A stretch of DNA of 64,000 nucleotides from Spirochaetia bacterium (lineage in GTDB: Bacteria > Spirochaetota > Spirochaetia > SZUA-6 > Bin103). The translations under genes and the position numbers were made by a program. The notes under the pieces are model-generated. The model saw only the letters and a list, made by a program, of their open reading frames with translations. It searched no databases and was not told where the DNA came from. The stretch is taken from NCBI GenBank assembly GCA_965198005.1, contig CBDAOI010000004.1, positions 192,001-256,000 of the forward strand. The letters run 5' to 3'. Positions 9,911 to 22,564 of this stretch are shown here, one piece after another (the first letter of the stretch is position 1; each line of letters begins with the position of its first letter).

Positions 9911-10797
9911 GAGCCCAACTCGGCGGGTCGGCGCCAGCACATTCGCAGGCGTCCGCGGTCATGCCACCGGAGCCCGCACCCGCGCCGCCGGCGGGAGCCG
10001 GGCCGTTGCTGCCCGAGCCTGCTGCCTCGGCGAGTGTTGCATCGGTGCCCGCCGCGGGACAGGCTGCGGCGTCAGGACCAGTGGGAGCCGGCCGCTTACG
10101 GCCCGAGCCGGCAGCTTCGGGGGGTGCCGCCGCGGTGTCGGCCGCGGGCGCGGCTACGCAGTCGGCGGGAGAGCCGCAGTCGCCCGCAGTCGTGGCGCGG
10201 GAGCCCGCACCGGCGCCGCCGGCGGTTGCACTCACCCCAGCGTGGACCGCGGAGCAGCAGGCCGAGCTGGTAGAGCTGGTTGCCAACAAGTCGGCGCGCG
10301 AGACGGAGAAGCTCCTGGCCGAGTTGGAGCCGGAGTTGAGGCTGCCGCGGGAGCGGGAGCGCGCCCTCGGCGGCGGCCGCTACGAGGTGCGGGTGATCCT
10401 GGACCAGACCAGCGTGGAGGCGATCTCAAACTTGAAGAGCTGGCTGTCGCACGTGAACCCGGGCTTTACCACTGGCCAACTGCTGGCCTATCTGCTGCAG
10501 CAGGCCCAGCGGACGTACGATCCGGTGCGCGAGCGGGGTCGCGCGGGGAAGCGGACGCCCGCGCCCGGCGGGCAACGCACTGCGCGCGAGCGGGGCACGG
10601 CACGTGAGACACGCGAGCACAGTAGCGCGATCAGCGGCGGCGGTGAGTCCGGAGGTGGCGCGATTGCCGCCGGTGCCCCTGATGACCGTGAGCCGGCGCC
10701 GGGTGCGGTAGCGCGAAGCTCGGCTCCCGCTGCTGCGGCTGCTGCGGCTGCTGCCGGGTCGCCGGCCGCCGGCCCGGCAGCAGCCCGGTCAGCCTGA
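9911..10797 (+). pseudogene. Fragment of an Ala/Pro-rich repetitive protein, possibly DUF222/HNH-type
   Basis: Internal repeats (EPAPAPPA x2, GAG..L.PEPAAS x2) flank a globular stretch KSARETEKLLAEL...LKSWLSHVNP; no clear start, no HNH motif retained. Confidence 0.4.
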
Positions 10798-10991
10798 TAC
10801 GGCCGGCGGCCATGCCTGTCCGCCACCTGCATGCCGCCTCGTCGGGCACATCGGGCACGATCACTCTGCGGGCGGTGGATGAGATCCTCGCTGCGGTTCC
10901 GGAACGAACCGTTCCCGAGTGGGACCGTTTGCCGGACACGCGTTCCTGAGCCGAGCAACGAGGTCGCCACACGCCGGCTGCGCGGGCGAGG

Positions 10992-11925
10992 TCAGCCGTC
11001 CTGGTCGCGGAATCGCCGGAGCGCGGCAAGGAATTCCGCCCCATCCGCGCAGCCAAGCGCCGCCGCCAGCAGCGCCTCCTCGGACGCCGCGGCGAACGCT
11101 TCCGTAGCGGTGGAGAACCTCGCCGACACTGCAATGCCGCGTGATTGCAGAATCTGACGGACCATCTGCGCACGACCTTCCGCACGGCCCTGCTCGAATC
11201 CCTGGCGCCGCTGCGAACGGAGCAGCGGATCGTCGTCCGGGCCGGTGCCTGCGCGCGCGCGCGGACGGCGCCGGCTCGTTCAGCGCCAGGTGAATCTCGT
11301 CCGCCCGCCAGCCGGGAAACGCCCGGCTCTCGGCCGCCACCCGGAACCGACCATGCTCCAGCAGATGAATCGTCAGTCCCGGGCGGCGCCCGCGTGCCCG
11401 CCTCGGCGACAGCGTGTCCGGCACCTCCACCCACACTTCCGGAAAGCCCCAGTCCTCGTACAGCGCCAGCTTGCCCCGCCGCGCGTCCGTGGTGTGATCC
11501 ACCTCCAGCACCACGTCGGGGAAGTCGTCCTCGCCCACCACCATGGCCGCCGGCCCTGGCTTGGCCCGCGCCGGATGCAGGTACACCGACTCGTCCGCCT
11601 GCATGATGCGCCGCGGCTCGCCGCCGGCGTCGCGCAGCAGCAGGTCCATCGAGCCGTAGCATTCGGTCGGTGAACCGCGCACCGTGGCGATCAACTCCGC
11701 CAATCTCGTGAACAGCCGCGACGGGCGCTCGTGATAGGGAGTGGTGGGCTCGCAGATCCAGGCGGTCTCGGTGGCCGCATCCCAATACTCGAGGCGCCCC
11801 TCGAAGCGGTCGATCTCGGTGCGCGGCAGGCGGACGGGCTTGCAGCCCGGGAATGCCGGCGGCTGGGCGTGCCGGGGTTGCGCTACTTCGTACCGCCTGG
11901 TTGGCGGTGCTTTGGTGCCGGCCAT
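10992..11925 (-). pseudogene. Uma2 (PD-(D/E)xK) family endonuclease, interrupted near the 3' end
   Basis: QADESVY...PDVVLEVDHTTDARRGKLALYEDWGFPEVWV; probable C-terminal helix at ~10992-11140 separated by unrelated sequence. Confidence 0.75.
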
Positions 11926-12494
11926 GGCGGCAGCGTAGGCCAGCTCGCGCGGGCCTGCAGGGCCGGCGGGCCGGACCCGCCGGCCCTTCGAAAGCGAAGC
12001 GATCGAGACCGAGGCAGTTGCCGGCAGTGCCGTGGCGGACTCTGGCGTGACCGGGCGGGCTTGGTGGTGCAGCCGCCAGCGGCGCCAGGGCCGCCGGAAA
12101 AAAGTGAAGAAAGTGCAATTGAGCGCTTGATCGCTTTGGCGCGGGTGTGCGATGGTGTCGGGGTTGGGGACTCGAACGGATTACGGATGATGCCTGACTA
12201 CGCAATGCAGCCCTGCCACCGGCCAGACCCGTTCACGCCGCCGACCGGCGTCGACCTGCGTCTGACCGGTACGCATACAGGAGGTGCCCGTGAAGCTGTA
12301 ATCCACCGCGGGACGCGATCAACGCAGTTGCGCCTGACCGCCCCCCGGGGTCAGTTCGAGGTTGTCGCCCTCGTTGGAACCGCCTGCACCGCACACTACA
12401 CAGAGCGGCAGACAGGCAACGAGAGCAGGCGAGGGGCCGGCACGAATATCAGCACATGCTCTCGAACGAGAATCGAGAATCGGAGGTTCTTCTC

Positions 12495-14270
12495 ATGAAC
12501 TACGTTTCCAAAATCGGTTTACTGACACTGGCGCTCGCGCTGGTGGCTACCGTTACGTTTGCCGCCGCCGAGGGCGAGGAGGCTGCCGCGGCCGAGAAGG
12601 AGATGGTGCTCGATCCATCCACCGGCGAGATGGTGGAGGCGCCGCGGTATGGCGGGACCCTCAGCTACGCCCGACCCGGAGCCGCTGAGCATTGCGATGT
12701 CTGGTCGATCAGTGGCTTTGCAACCTTTTACATCGGCCCGGTAGTCGAGAAACTCGTCATCGGCGACTGGGCGATTGGCAGGAGCGAGCATAACTGGCGC
12801 AGCTATAACGTGCCGTTCTCGGTCATGCGAGGACAGTTGGCGGAGAGTTGGGAAACGCCGGACGACACCACGATCATCGTCAAGGTCCGCCCGGGCGTTT
12901 ACTGGCACGACAAGCCACCGATGAACGGTCGGGAGCTGACCGCCAGCGATATCGAGTTCAACTATCATCGCCTCTTGGGGCTCGGCAGCGGCTTCAGCGA
13001 ACCCACGCCGTTCAGTTGGACGCTCCCTGCCGTCACATCCGTGACGGCCACCGACAAATCGACGGTAGTCTTCAAGCTGACGAGGCCGGACCTCTTTGGG
13101 GTGCGCAAGGCATTCGACACGTGGGATACGTGGATCTACCCTCCGGAGGTCATCCAGCAACACGGCGACATAAAGGATTGCAGGAATCTGGTGGGTACCG
13201 GGCCCATGGAGCTGACGGACCTCGTGGAAGGCAGCTCCATGACGTGGACCCGGGTTCCCGACTACTGGGGGTTCGACGAGAAGTTCCCGGACAACCGCCT
13301 GCCCTACGTCGACGAGCTGAACGCCCTGATCATGCCGGATGCGGCGGCGCGGATCGCGGCCCTGCGCTCGGGTCAACTCGATATGTTGGCGACTTTCGGC
13401 GACTCTCAAATGAGGTCACTCGACCAGGTGGAGAGCCTGCGCCGGACCGATCCCGACATCAGGATGTGGGAGATCGCGTTTCGGTCCGACAACGCATTCT
13501 CGTTCGTAAACCAGCAGAATCCACCTTTCGATGACATCCGGGTGCGCCGCGCCATGCAGATGGCTCTGGACCCGGAGACGATTGCGAACACCTACTTCAA
13601 GGGTATGGCCGATCCGACGCCGCAGGGAATGATCCACAGCGACAATGTCGGGACTGGCACGCCGTTCGACGAGTGGCCGGAGGAGGTCAAGCAGTACTAC
13701 CGCTACGATCCGGAACGGGCCAAGCAGCTTCTGGCCGAGGCGGGCTATCCCGATGGCTTCAAGACCCGTCTGGACTATGGGAATCGCTTCGATGCGAACT
13801 ACGCAGAGCTCGTCATTGGCTACTGGGGTGAGATTGGCGTCGACGTCGAGCTGTCCGTTAAACCCGGGCCGGAGATGGTAGCCATCCAGCGGGGGCATAC
13901 CACGGACGGAATGATGCACTTTTCCAGCGCTGCCACCTATGCCGATGCCGGCACGCTTAAGGCGGTTTTCACCTCCGGCTCCACCAGCAACTTTGGCAAC
14001 ATCAACGACCCGGATTTCGACGCTCTGATCGAACGCGCGGAGGCAGCCGCGACGCTGGAGGAGCGGAATCGGCTCACCAAAGAGGCGAATCTGTACGCCA
14101 TAGCCCAGCACTGGGAAGCCGTGGGTCCGACCAGCCCACAGTTCAACGTCGCCCAGCCGTGGGTCAAAGGCTATAACGGGGAGATATCGCTCGGCATGCA
14201 GGGCCAGTTCTTGACGCTGACGGCCCGCGTCTGGATCGATCAGGATCTGAAGCGGGATCTCGGATTCTGA
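12495..14270 (+). CDS. ABC transporter substrate-binding protein, family 5, intact
   Basis: RBS GGAGG; signal peptide; LAESWE, LVGTGP, DIRVRRAM motifs; ends RVWIDQDLKRDLGF. Confidence 0.94.
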   Translation: MNYVSKIGLLTLALALVATVTFAAAEGEEAAAAEKEMVLDPSTGEMVEAPRYGGTLSYARPGAAEHCDVWSISGFATFYIGPVVEKLVIGDWAIGRSEHNWRSYNVPFSVMRGQLAESWETPDDTTIIVKVRPGVYWHDKPPMNGRELTASDIEFNYHRLLGLGSGFSEPTPFSWTLPAVTSVTATDKSTVVFKLTRPDLFGVRKAFDTWDTWIYPPEVIQQHGDIKDCRNLVGTGPMELTDLVEGSSMTWTRVPDYWGFDEKFPDNRLPYVDELNALIMPDAAARIAALRSGQLDMLATFGDSQMRSLDQVESLRRTDPDIRMWEIAFRSDNAFSFVNQQNPPFDDIRVRRAMQMALDPETIANTYFKGMADPTPQGMIHSDNVGTGTPFDEWPEEVKQYYRYDPERAKQLLAEAGYPDGFKTRLDYGNRFDANYAELVIGYWGEIGVDVELSVKPGPEMVAIQRGHTTDGMMHFSSAATYADAGTLKAVFTSGSTSNFGNINDPDFDALIERAEAAATLEERNRLTKEANLYAIAQHWEAVGPTSPQFNVAQPWVKGYNGEISLGMQGQFLTLTARVWIDQDLKRDLGF

Positions 14271-14294
14271 GCGAATTGCGACTCCACGAGCCGC

Positions 14295-14316
14295 GAGCCC
14301 GCCTGAGGGCGGGCTC
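14295..14316 (+). terminator. Stem-loop after SBP gene
   Basis: GAGCCCGCC-TGAG-GGCGGGCTC. Confidence 0.6.
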
Positions 14317-14382
14317 CGCTGCCACATGACAGAGTGGGACGGCGGCGTGTGCTGCCGTCCCACTTTCGAGACCCCCTGCAAA

Positions 14383-15348
14383 ATGCGAACGTACATCATC
14401 CGCCGCGTCCTGCTGCTGATCCCGACGTTCCTCCTGTTGACGGTTCTGGTGTTTCTCTCGGTGCGCTTTCTTCCCGGCGACGTCATTGACGCCATGATGG
14501 ACCGGCTGGCGAGGAGCGAAGGCGGGATGGCGCACTTCGACCGCGAGAGGGTCGAGCGCATTCTCGGGCTGGATGTGCCAGCGCACGTGCAATACGTGCG
14601 CTGGCTGGGCGGCATCTTCCTGCACGGCACCCTGGGTGAGTCACTCCTCGGCGGAGTTGCAGTCGAAGAAAAGATCATCGGCCGGCTGCCGATCACCGTC
14701 GAGTTGGGTGTGCTGTCCATCCTCATCGGGTTGGTCATCGCCGTGCCGGTGGGCATCTACTCTGCGGTGCGGCAGGACACGGCAGGCGACTACGCCGGCC
14801 GCTCCATCGCCATCATCGGCCTGGCGACGCCCAATTTCTGGCTCGCCACCATGGTGCTGACCTTTCCCGCGATCTGGTGGGCGTGGGCGCCGCCGCTGCG
14901 TATGGTGGCGTTTGTCGATGATCCGATCCGGAACCTCAGCCACATGCTTATTCCCAGCCTCATTCTGGGCACCTACCTGTCGGCGACCGTGATGCGCATG
15001 ACGCGCACCATGATGCTGGAGGTGCTGCGCCAGGACTTCATCCGCACCGCCTGGGCGAAGGGACTGAAGGAGCGGGTGATCATCCTCCGGCACGTCATCA
15101 AGAATGCGCTGATCCCGGTGGTGACCCTGATCGGCCTGCAGCTCCCGATCCTGGTCGGCGGCTCGGTGATCATGGAGAACATGTTCGCGCTGCCGGGGCT
15201 GGGCCGTCTGATGCTCGACGCGCTCTCGGCGCGCGACTACCCGGTGGTGTCGGGCATCAACCTGTTCTTCGCGACCGCGGTGATGACGATCAACCTGATG
15301 ATCGACATTCTCTACGGCTACTTGGACCCGCGGGTGCAGTACCGGTAG
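14383..15348 (+). CDS. Peptide ABC transporter permease (DppB/OppB type)
   Basis: Third paralogue, MRTYIIRR...LDPRVQYR. Confidence 0.92.
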   Translation: MRTYIIRRVLLLIPTFLLLTVLVFLSVRFLPGDVIDAMMDRLARSEGGMAHFDRERVERILGLDVPAHVQYVRWLGGIFLHGTLGESLLGGVAVEEKIIGRLPITVELGVLSILIGLVIAVPVGIYSAVRQDTAGDYAGRSIAIIGLATPNFWLATMVLTFPAIWWAWAPPLRMVAFVDDPIRNLSHMLIPSLILGTYLSATVMRMTRTMMLEVLRQDFIRTAWAKGLKERVIILRHVIKNALIPVVTLIGLQLPILVGGSVIMENMFALPGLGRLMLDALSARDYPVVSGINLFFATAVMTINLMIDILYGYLDPRVQYR

Positions 15349-15359
15349 GAGTCGGGCGC

Positions 15360-15830
15360 GTGCGACAGACTCCTGGCGGAGGGTGGGGATGGGCCGCGAG
15401 CGCGGTGGTGGTCCTGCTGCTGGCGGTCGACCGGTTGGGCGACCCGTCGGCTACCTACCTGCTGGGCACCGACCAGCTCGGCCGCGACGTGCTGAGCCGG
15501 CTGATACACGGTGCCCGCACCTCGCTCGGCGTGGGCTTTGCCGCCACCCTGTTGAGCACCGTGGTGGCGCTGCTGGTCGGCGGCGTGGCCGGCTTCGTCG
15601 GCGGCAAGCTGTATATTCTCTGGTGCAGCGATTCGTCGACGCCTGGATGTCCTTCCCCGGTCTGTTGCTGCTGCTGACGATCATAACCATCGTCGGCCAG
15701 GGCATCCCGCAGATCATCGTCGTGCTCGGCGTCACTTCCGGCATCGGCAACTCGCGGGTCATTCGTAGCGCCGTGATCGGCATCAAGGAGCCGAGGCCAG
15801 CCTGAGCTTCCTGGGCTTCGGCCTGCACTC
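15360..15830 (+). pseudogene. DppC/OppC-type permease, deleted and frameshifted
   Basis: YLLGTDQLGRDVLSRL and VQRFVDAWMSFPGLLLLL in different frames; ends after ASLSFLGFGL. Confidence 0.85.
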
Positions 15831-15921
15831 CCGCTGCACGCCGTAAATGCACACCGGAAAGGGGTGGCAGGTTCCATGACCCGCCACCCCGTGCGTGCGT
15901 TCGTAACGAGTTCCGCCTGCG

Positions 15922-16110
15922 TCAGAATCCCATTTCCGCCTTCAGGTCCAGGTCGAGCCAGAGCCGGACGAGTAGTGCGCGTCGAACTCGCGCGCGATCC
16001 GGATCCGCTCGTCCTCGCTCGTGACGTTGTTGAACTCGTCGTAGAGCCGCGTCATGGTCTCGTCGCCAAGCCCGCCCAGATACTCGACCTCCTGTCTGAG
16101 CCCCTGGGCG
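15922..16110 (-). pseudogene. Family-5 SBP C-terminal remnant
   Basis: LYDEFNNVTSEDERIRIAREFD and VRLWLDLDLKAEMGF. Confidence 0.7.
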
Positions 16111-16145
16111 GTCCTGGGCGGTTCCGGGCGGTGCAACGGCCTCGG

Positions 16146-17516
16146 TCAGCTTCGCGCCGCGGGCGGCGGGTGCGCGTTCCACGGGGGCAGATGGAGGGAG
16201 AAGGTGCTGCCGCGCTTGACGGTGCTGGTGATCTCCACCGTGCCGCCGTGCGCCTGGGCGATGTGCTTGACGATCGCCAGGCCGAGACCGGTGCCGCCGG
16301 TCGCATCCGGCGCCGGGTCGTTGCGAGCGCGCTCGACCCGGTAGAAGCGTTCGAAGATGCGCGGCAGGTGCTCCTCCGGAATGCCGATCCCGGCGTCGGC
16401 CACCTCCACCACCACCTCCCGGCGGTCGCGGCGGGCGCTCACGGTGACGGCCGACTCGCGGTGGCTGTGCTTGATCGCGTTGTCGATCAGGTTGCCGAGC
16501 GCCTGCACCAGGAGCTGCTCGTTCGCCCGGCAGGTAAGGGCGGGGTCGCAGGCGGTGCGCAGCCGCACGCGGTGGAGCGCGGCGGCCGGTTGACATGACT
16601 GCACGGCCGCGGCGATGACCGGCGCCAGGGCGGCCTCCACGAACGAGATCTCGCGCCGCTCCTCGCCGAGCTCCAGAGCGGACAGACTCAACAGATCCTC
16701 GATGATCGCCCCCAGCCGGGTGGCCTCCTGCTGGATGATGCGCAGGAACCGTTCTGCTTCGGGGCCGGCGTACGTCTTCCGGTCGAGCAGGGTCTCCACG
16801 AATCCGCTGATCGAGGTGATCGGCGTGCGCAGCTCGTGGGAGACGTTGGCCACGAAGTCGCGCCGCATGTGCTCCAGGCGGCGCAGGCGGGTGACGTCGC
16901 GCAGCACCACCAGCACGCCGGTGGCCGCGTCGGGCGCGCTGAACGGCTGGCTCTGCGCCTGCAGCCAGCGCATGCCGCCGGCGGCCACGTGCAGGTCGGC
17001 TTCGGCGCCGGCGCCCTCGCGCAGCGCCGCCTGCACCATGGTGTCCAACCCGTACTGCGACAGCGCGGCGAGCACGCGCGGACGGGCGGCGATCCCGGAC
17101 GCCGAGGCCACCCCCAGCATGGTCGCGCCGGCCAGGTTGATGTCGCGCAGGCGGCCGTTGCGACGGAACACCAGCACGCCCTGGGGCAGATCGCCGATCA
17201 CCGTGCTCAGCCGGCGGTAGCGGCGCTCCAGCCGCCGGTGGCGCTTGGCGGCGGCCGCGACCACCTGCTCCAGCGCCAGTCCGGCGCCCGGCTCGTGCCC
17301 CGCGGCCGGCGCGAGCAACGCCACCCCGCGCGCGGCGGGCGCAACGTACAGCCGGCGCACCAGCAGGTAGACCGCCGCCGCGGCCGCCAGCGGCGGCACC
17401 GCCACCAGCGCCGCGAACGCCGGGCCGCCCAACCCTCCGGCGACCGCCAGCGCACCGGCCGCCACCCCCACGGCGGCCAGCGCCGCCAGCGCTCCGGCAA
17501 CCGCGGCGGCACGCAT
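16146..17516 (-). CDS. Sensor histidine kinase, PhoR-like (TM, PAS, HisKA, HATPase)
   Basis: FVANVSHELRTP, NLIDNAIK, DAGIGI, FERFYRV, GTGLGLAIVKH. Confidence 0.9.
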   Translation of the reverse strand: MRAAAVAGALAALAAVGVAAGALAVAGGLGGPAFAALVAVPPLAAAAAVYLLVRRLYVAPAARGVALLAPAAGHEPGAGLALEQVVAAAAKRHRRLERRYRRLSTVIGDLPQGVLVFRRNGRLRDINLAGATMLGVASASGIAARPRVLAALSQYGLDTMVQAALREGAGAEADLHVAAGGMRWLQAQSQPFSAPDAATGVLVVLRDVTRLRRLEHMRRDFVANVSHELRTPITSISGFVETLLDRKTYAGPEAERFLRIIQQEATRLGAIIEDLLSLSALELGEERREISFVEAALAPVIAAAVQSCQPAAALHRVRLRTACDPALTCRANEQLLVQALGNLIDNAIKHSHRESAVTVSARRDRREVVVEVADAGIGIPEEHLPRIFERFYRVERARNDPAPDATGGTGLGLAIVKHIAQAHGGTVEITSTVKRGSTFSLHLPPWNAHPPPAARS

Positions 17517-17518
17517 CG

Positions 17519-18229
17519 CTAAGTGTCCTGAAACCGGTAGCCCACGCCGCGCACGGTCTCGATCAGCGCCCCGCCGCGGCCGAGCTTCTTGCGCAGCCCG
17601 GCGATCACCACGTCGATCGAGCGGTCGGTCACCGGGTAGTCGGGGCCGTGCACCGCCGACACCAGTTGATTGCGGGTGAACACCCAGCCCGGATGCTGGG
17701 CGAGAAAGTTGAGCATCGCGAACTCGGTGGCGGTGAGATACAGACTCCGGTCGCCGATACGCACCTCGCGTTTGCCGGGATGAATGCTCAGGTCGCCGAT
17801 CGCCAGCGGCGCCCGTTCGTCCCGCACCTCGGCCCCGTGGCGGCGCAGCACCGCCTTGACGCGGGCAATCAGCACGCGGATGCTGAACGGCTTGGTGACG
17901 TAGTCCTCGGCCCCCCGTTCCAGACCGGTAACGATATCCGCCTCCTCGCCCTTGGCAGTGATCATGATGATCGGGACGCCGCGGGTGAGCACGTTCGACT
18001 TGAGGATCCGGCACAGCGCCAGTCCGTCGATCCCGGGCAGCATGAGGTCCAGCAGGATCAGCGACACGGTGGTCCGGTTCACGATGCGCAGCGCTTCCTC
18101 GCTGGCCCGCGCGGCCAGCGTCGCGTACCCCTCGCGGCCGAGGTTGAAGCGAATCAGCTCCAGGATGTTGTCGTCATCCTCCACCACCAGAATCCGATTG
18201 CCCGGGTCCGCGGCGGCGCGACTACTCAT
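17519..18229 (-). CDS. OmpR/PhoB-family response regulator
   Basis: ILVVEDD, LLDLMLPG, DYVTKPFS, IETVRGVGYRF. Confidence 0.93.
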   Translation of the reverse strand: MSSRAAADPGNRILVVEDDDNILELIRFNLGREGYATLAARASEEALRIVNRTTVSLILLDLMLPGIDGLALCRILKSNVLTRGVPIIMITAKGEEADIVTGLERGAEDYVTKPFSIRVLIARVKAVLRRHGAEVRDERAPLAIGDLSIHPGKREVRIGDRSLYLTATEFAMLNFLAQHPGWVFTRNQLVSAVHGPDYPVTDRSIDVVIAGLRKKLGRGGALIETVRGVGYRFQDT

Positions 18230-19535
18230 TTGGGGCGGCGCCGGCGATCGGTGCGCGCTTCGCCGCCAGGCGCGCTCCCTTCCACTCCGGCCGGACGCCG
18301 ATGATCGCGAGCGCGGTGACGTACGCGTAGAACCCCATGAAGAACAGCGTATAGGGGATGACGCGCGCCAGCGCGCGCAGGCGGCGGCGGGAGTGCAGCA
18401 GGGCTGCGGTGGCGGCCAGCGAGCCGATGCTGAGCAGCGAGGTGAGCGGCAGCACCGCCAGCCACGGCACCAGCAGCGCCCACGGCGCCGCGGCCACGCT
18501 CGTGATCAGGAACAGCGTGATGTAGCGGTAGCTCCACCCCGTGGCCGGGTCGTGGCTGAAGAAGGCGCCGCCGTTCCAGCGCACGTGCTGGTTGACGAAG
18601 CGGCCCCAGCTCTCCTGCGGCTCGGTGGTGATGCGGGTCTCGGCGAGCGTGGACCCGACGACCCGCCAGCCGCGCCGGCGCGCGGCTTCGATCAGCGCCG
18701 CATCCTCGGTCAGGGTGTAGCCCAGCGCCCGGAATCCCCCGATCTGGTCCAGCACGGTCGCGCGCAGCGCCAGGTTGTTGCCGAAGCAGCCGGTGGCCAC
18801 GCCGAGGCCGGCGGTGCCGGTGGAGTACTGGTGCACCAGCGGCTGATCGAACGCCTGATAGCGGTCGCGAAACTGCGGCCGGCCCGGCGCCCTGCTGCGC
18901 ACCGCCAGTTGCCCGAAGAAGACGCCGGTGCGGGCGGAATCGAAGTAGGCGGCGATCCGCTCCACCCAGGTCGGCGGGACGGTGCAGTCCGCATCGGTAA
19001 AGATCAGCAGCTCGCCGGAGGCGGCCGCCACGCCGAGGTCCAGCGCCTGCTGCTTGCCGTTGCACCCCTCCGGCGGCTGCCGGTTGCGCACGACCCGTAC
19101 CCGGTAGGGCGCCTCCGCCCGATGCGCCGCCATGATCGCCGCGGTGGCGTCGGTGGAGCGGTCATCCACCAGCACCAGCTCGAACCCGGTCCAGGTCTGG
19201 GCCGCCAGGGAGGCCAGCAGCCGCGGCAGCGCCTGCTCCTCGTTCATTGCCGCCACCACCACCGACACCGCCAGCCCGTACGCGGGGGCGGTCCCGGCGC
19301 CGGCAGCGGCCGCGGTGGAGGTGCCGGCGCCAGCGGCCGCGGTGGAACTGCCGTCGGCAATGGCAGTGCCGGCGGCAGCAGCGCGGGTGGTTCCGCGCGC
19401 GCGCCCGTGCGCCCGCCCGTGCGCCCGGTCCCGGACGCGGGCGGCCACTACGCCCACGACCAGCGCCCAGTGAATCAGCAGAATGGTGGCGCACACCGTT
19501 ACCGCGATCCACTGCAGTGCGCTGGCCGGGATCAT
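18222..19535 (-). CDS. Glycosyltransferase family 2, membrane-bound
   Basis: VDDRSTD, FTDADC, TED, QHVRW motifs; terminal TM helices. Confidence 0.88.
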   Translation of the reverse strand: MIPASALQWIAVTVCATILLIHWALVVGVVAARVRDRAHGRAHGRARGTTRAAAAGTAIADGSSTAAAGAGTSTAAAAGAGTAPAYGLAVSVVVAAMNEEQALPRLLASLAAQTWTGFELVLVDDRSTDATAAIMAAHRAEAPYRVRVVRNRQPPEGCNGKQQALDLGVAAASGELLIFTDADCTVPPTWVERIAAYFDSARTGVFFGQLAVRSRAPGRPQFRDRYQAFDQPLVHQYSTGTAGLGVATGCFGNNLALRATVLDQIGGFRALGYTLTEDAALIEAARRRGWRVVGSTLAETRITTEPQESWGRFVNQHVRWNGGAFFSHDPATGWSYRYITLFLITSVAAAPWALLVPWLAVLPLTSLLSIGSLAATAALLHSRRRLRALARVIPYTLFFMGFYAYVTALAIIGVRPEWKGARLAAKRAPIAGAAPNE

Positions 19536-21406
19536 GGCAGCGCCCGCTCCAGCACGCGGTTGAGGCGCCGCGCGAACGCCACCGGGTCGTCGAGTTGCGC
19601 CCCCTCGATCAGCAGCGCCTGCTCCAGCAACAGGCGGCCGGCGTCTTCCAGCAGCCCGTCGTCGGCCTGGTCCGCCGCCAGCGCTTCGAGCCTGGTGACG
19701 ATGGCGTGGTCGGGATTGATCTCCAGCACCGGCTGAAACCGATCCGCCTCCTGGCCCAGTGCCCGCAACACGTGCTGCATCGACACCGTGGGATCGTTCT
19801 CGTCCGCCACGATGCAGCTCGGCGAATCGCTCAGGCGCGCGCTCGCCTTCACGTCTTTCACCCGGTCGCCGAGCACTTGCTTGATCCGCTTGAGCAGCGG
19901 TTCGACCTGCTTGGCGCGCTGCTTGGAAAGGTCGGTCTCGAGGTCGTCGGCGGTGTCGCTGCGGTTGACCGACTTCAGCTCATGCTCCTGGTACTTGCCG
20001 ATGGTGGGGATCACGAACGCGTCGATCTCGTCGTCCATCAGCAGCACTTCGAGGTTCTGCTTGCGGTACACCTCAAGCAGCGGCGACTGGCGCAGGTTGG
20101 CGCCGCGCTCGCCGGTGAGGTAGTAGATCGCCTTCTGCTCCGGCTGCATCCGCCCTACGTAGTCCTTGAGGCTGGTGAGGTCGTCGTCGTGGGTCGTGCC
20201 GAAGCGCACCAGCTCCAGCAGCGTGTCGCGGTTGGCGAAGTCCTGGTACAGCCCCTCCTTGAGCGGCCGCCCGAACTCGGTCACGAACGTGGTGTAGAGC
20301 TCGGGATTGTTGGTCAGGTCCTGGAACTCGCCGAGCAGCTTCTTGACCGAGGCGTTGCGGATGCTGGTCAGCAGCCGGTTCTGCTGCAGCAACTCGCGGC
20401 TCACGTTGAGCGGCAGATCCTCGGAGTCGATCACGCCGCGCACGAAGCGCAGCCAGGTGGGCAGCAGCTCCTTGTCGTCGTCGGTGATGAACACCCGCTT
20501 CACGTACAGCTTCACGCCGGGCCGGTAGTCGGCGTAGTACAGGTCGGGCGGCGCCTTCTTCGGCACGAAGAACAGTGTGGTGTACTCCTGGGTGCCCTCG
20601 GCGTGGGTGTGGACGTAGTGCAGCGGGTCTTCGTCGTCGTGCGTGAGGGCGCGGTAGAACTCGAAGTAGTCGCTGTCGTTCAGTTCCGACTTGGGCCGTT
20701 TCCAGAGCGCCGAGGCGGCGTTGATCTGCTCGCTGCGCCGCTCGGTCTGCTGGTCCCTGGTCTCCGTGTAGTGGAGGTGGATCGGGTAGGGGATGTGGTT
20801 GGAGTACTTCTTGACCAGGGAGTCGATCCGCCAGCGCGAGGCGAACTCGGCGCCCGCTTCGTTGAGCTGCAGGGTGACGGTGGTGCCGGCGCCGGTGTAT
20901 TCGGCAGGAGCGATCTCGAAGGAACCGCGGCCGTCGCTCACCCAGCGGTGGGCCTGAGTCTCGCCGGCGCGCAGGCTGAGCACCTCGACCCGGTCGGCCA
21001 CCATGAAGCTGGAGTAGAACCCCACCCCGAACTGGCCGATCAGGTTGCTGTCGCCAGGGGCGCCGGCCTTGGCTTCCTGCTGCATGGCGTCGAGGAACCG
21101 CTGGGTGCCGGAGTGGGCGATGGTGCCGAGGTTGTCGCGCAGCTCGTCGGCGCTCATGCCGATGCCGCTGTCGGCCACCGTCAGCGTGTTCGGCTTGCTC
21201 TCGCTGTCGAAGGAGATGTCGACGCGCGGCGTGAACGGCACGCCCTTGAAGTCGGCGTCGGTGAGCGTCAGGTAGCGCAGCTTGTCCAGCGCGTCGGAGG
21301 CGTTGGAGACCAGCTCGCGCAGGAAGATCTCCTGGTGCGAGTACAGCGAGTGGATGATGAGGTCCAGCAATTGGCTGACCTCGGTCTTGAAACGGTGCTT
21401 TGCCAT
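19532..21406 (-). CDS. htpG: Molecular chaperone HtpG (Hsp90)
   Basis: [38 protein letters not shown]. Confidence 0.97.
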
Positions 21407-21472
21407 CGCTTGCTTGCGGTCCGTCCTTTGCTCAGTGTAACGGTCGGCCCGGCCCGGCCGGGCGCGCGGCGG

Positions 21473-22564
<1,092 letters not shown>

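Noticed and set aside
9911-10797. Intact transposase or mobile element
   Set aside because: No DDE, HUH or HNH motif and no terminal inverted repeats seen
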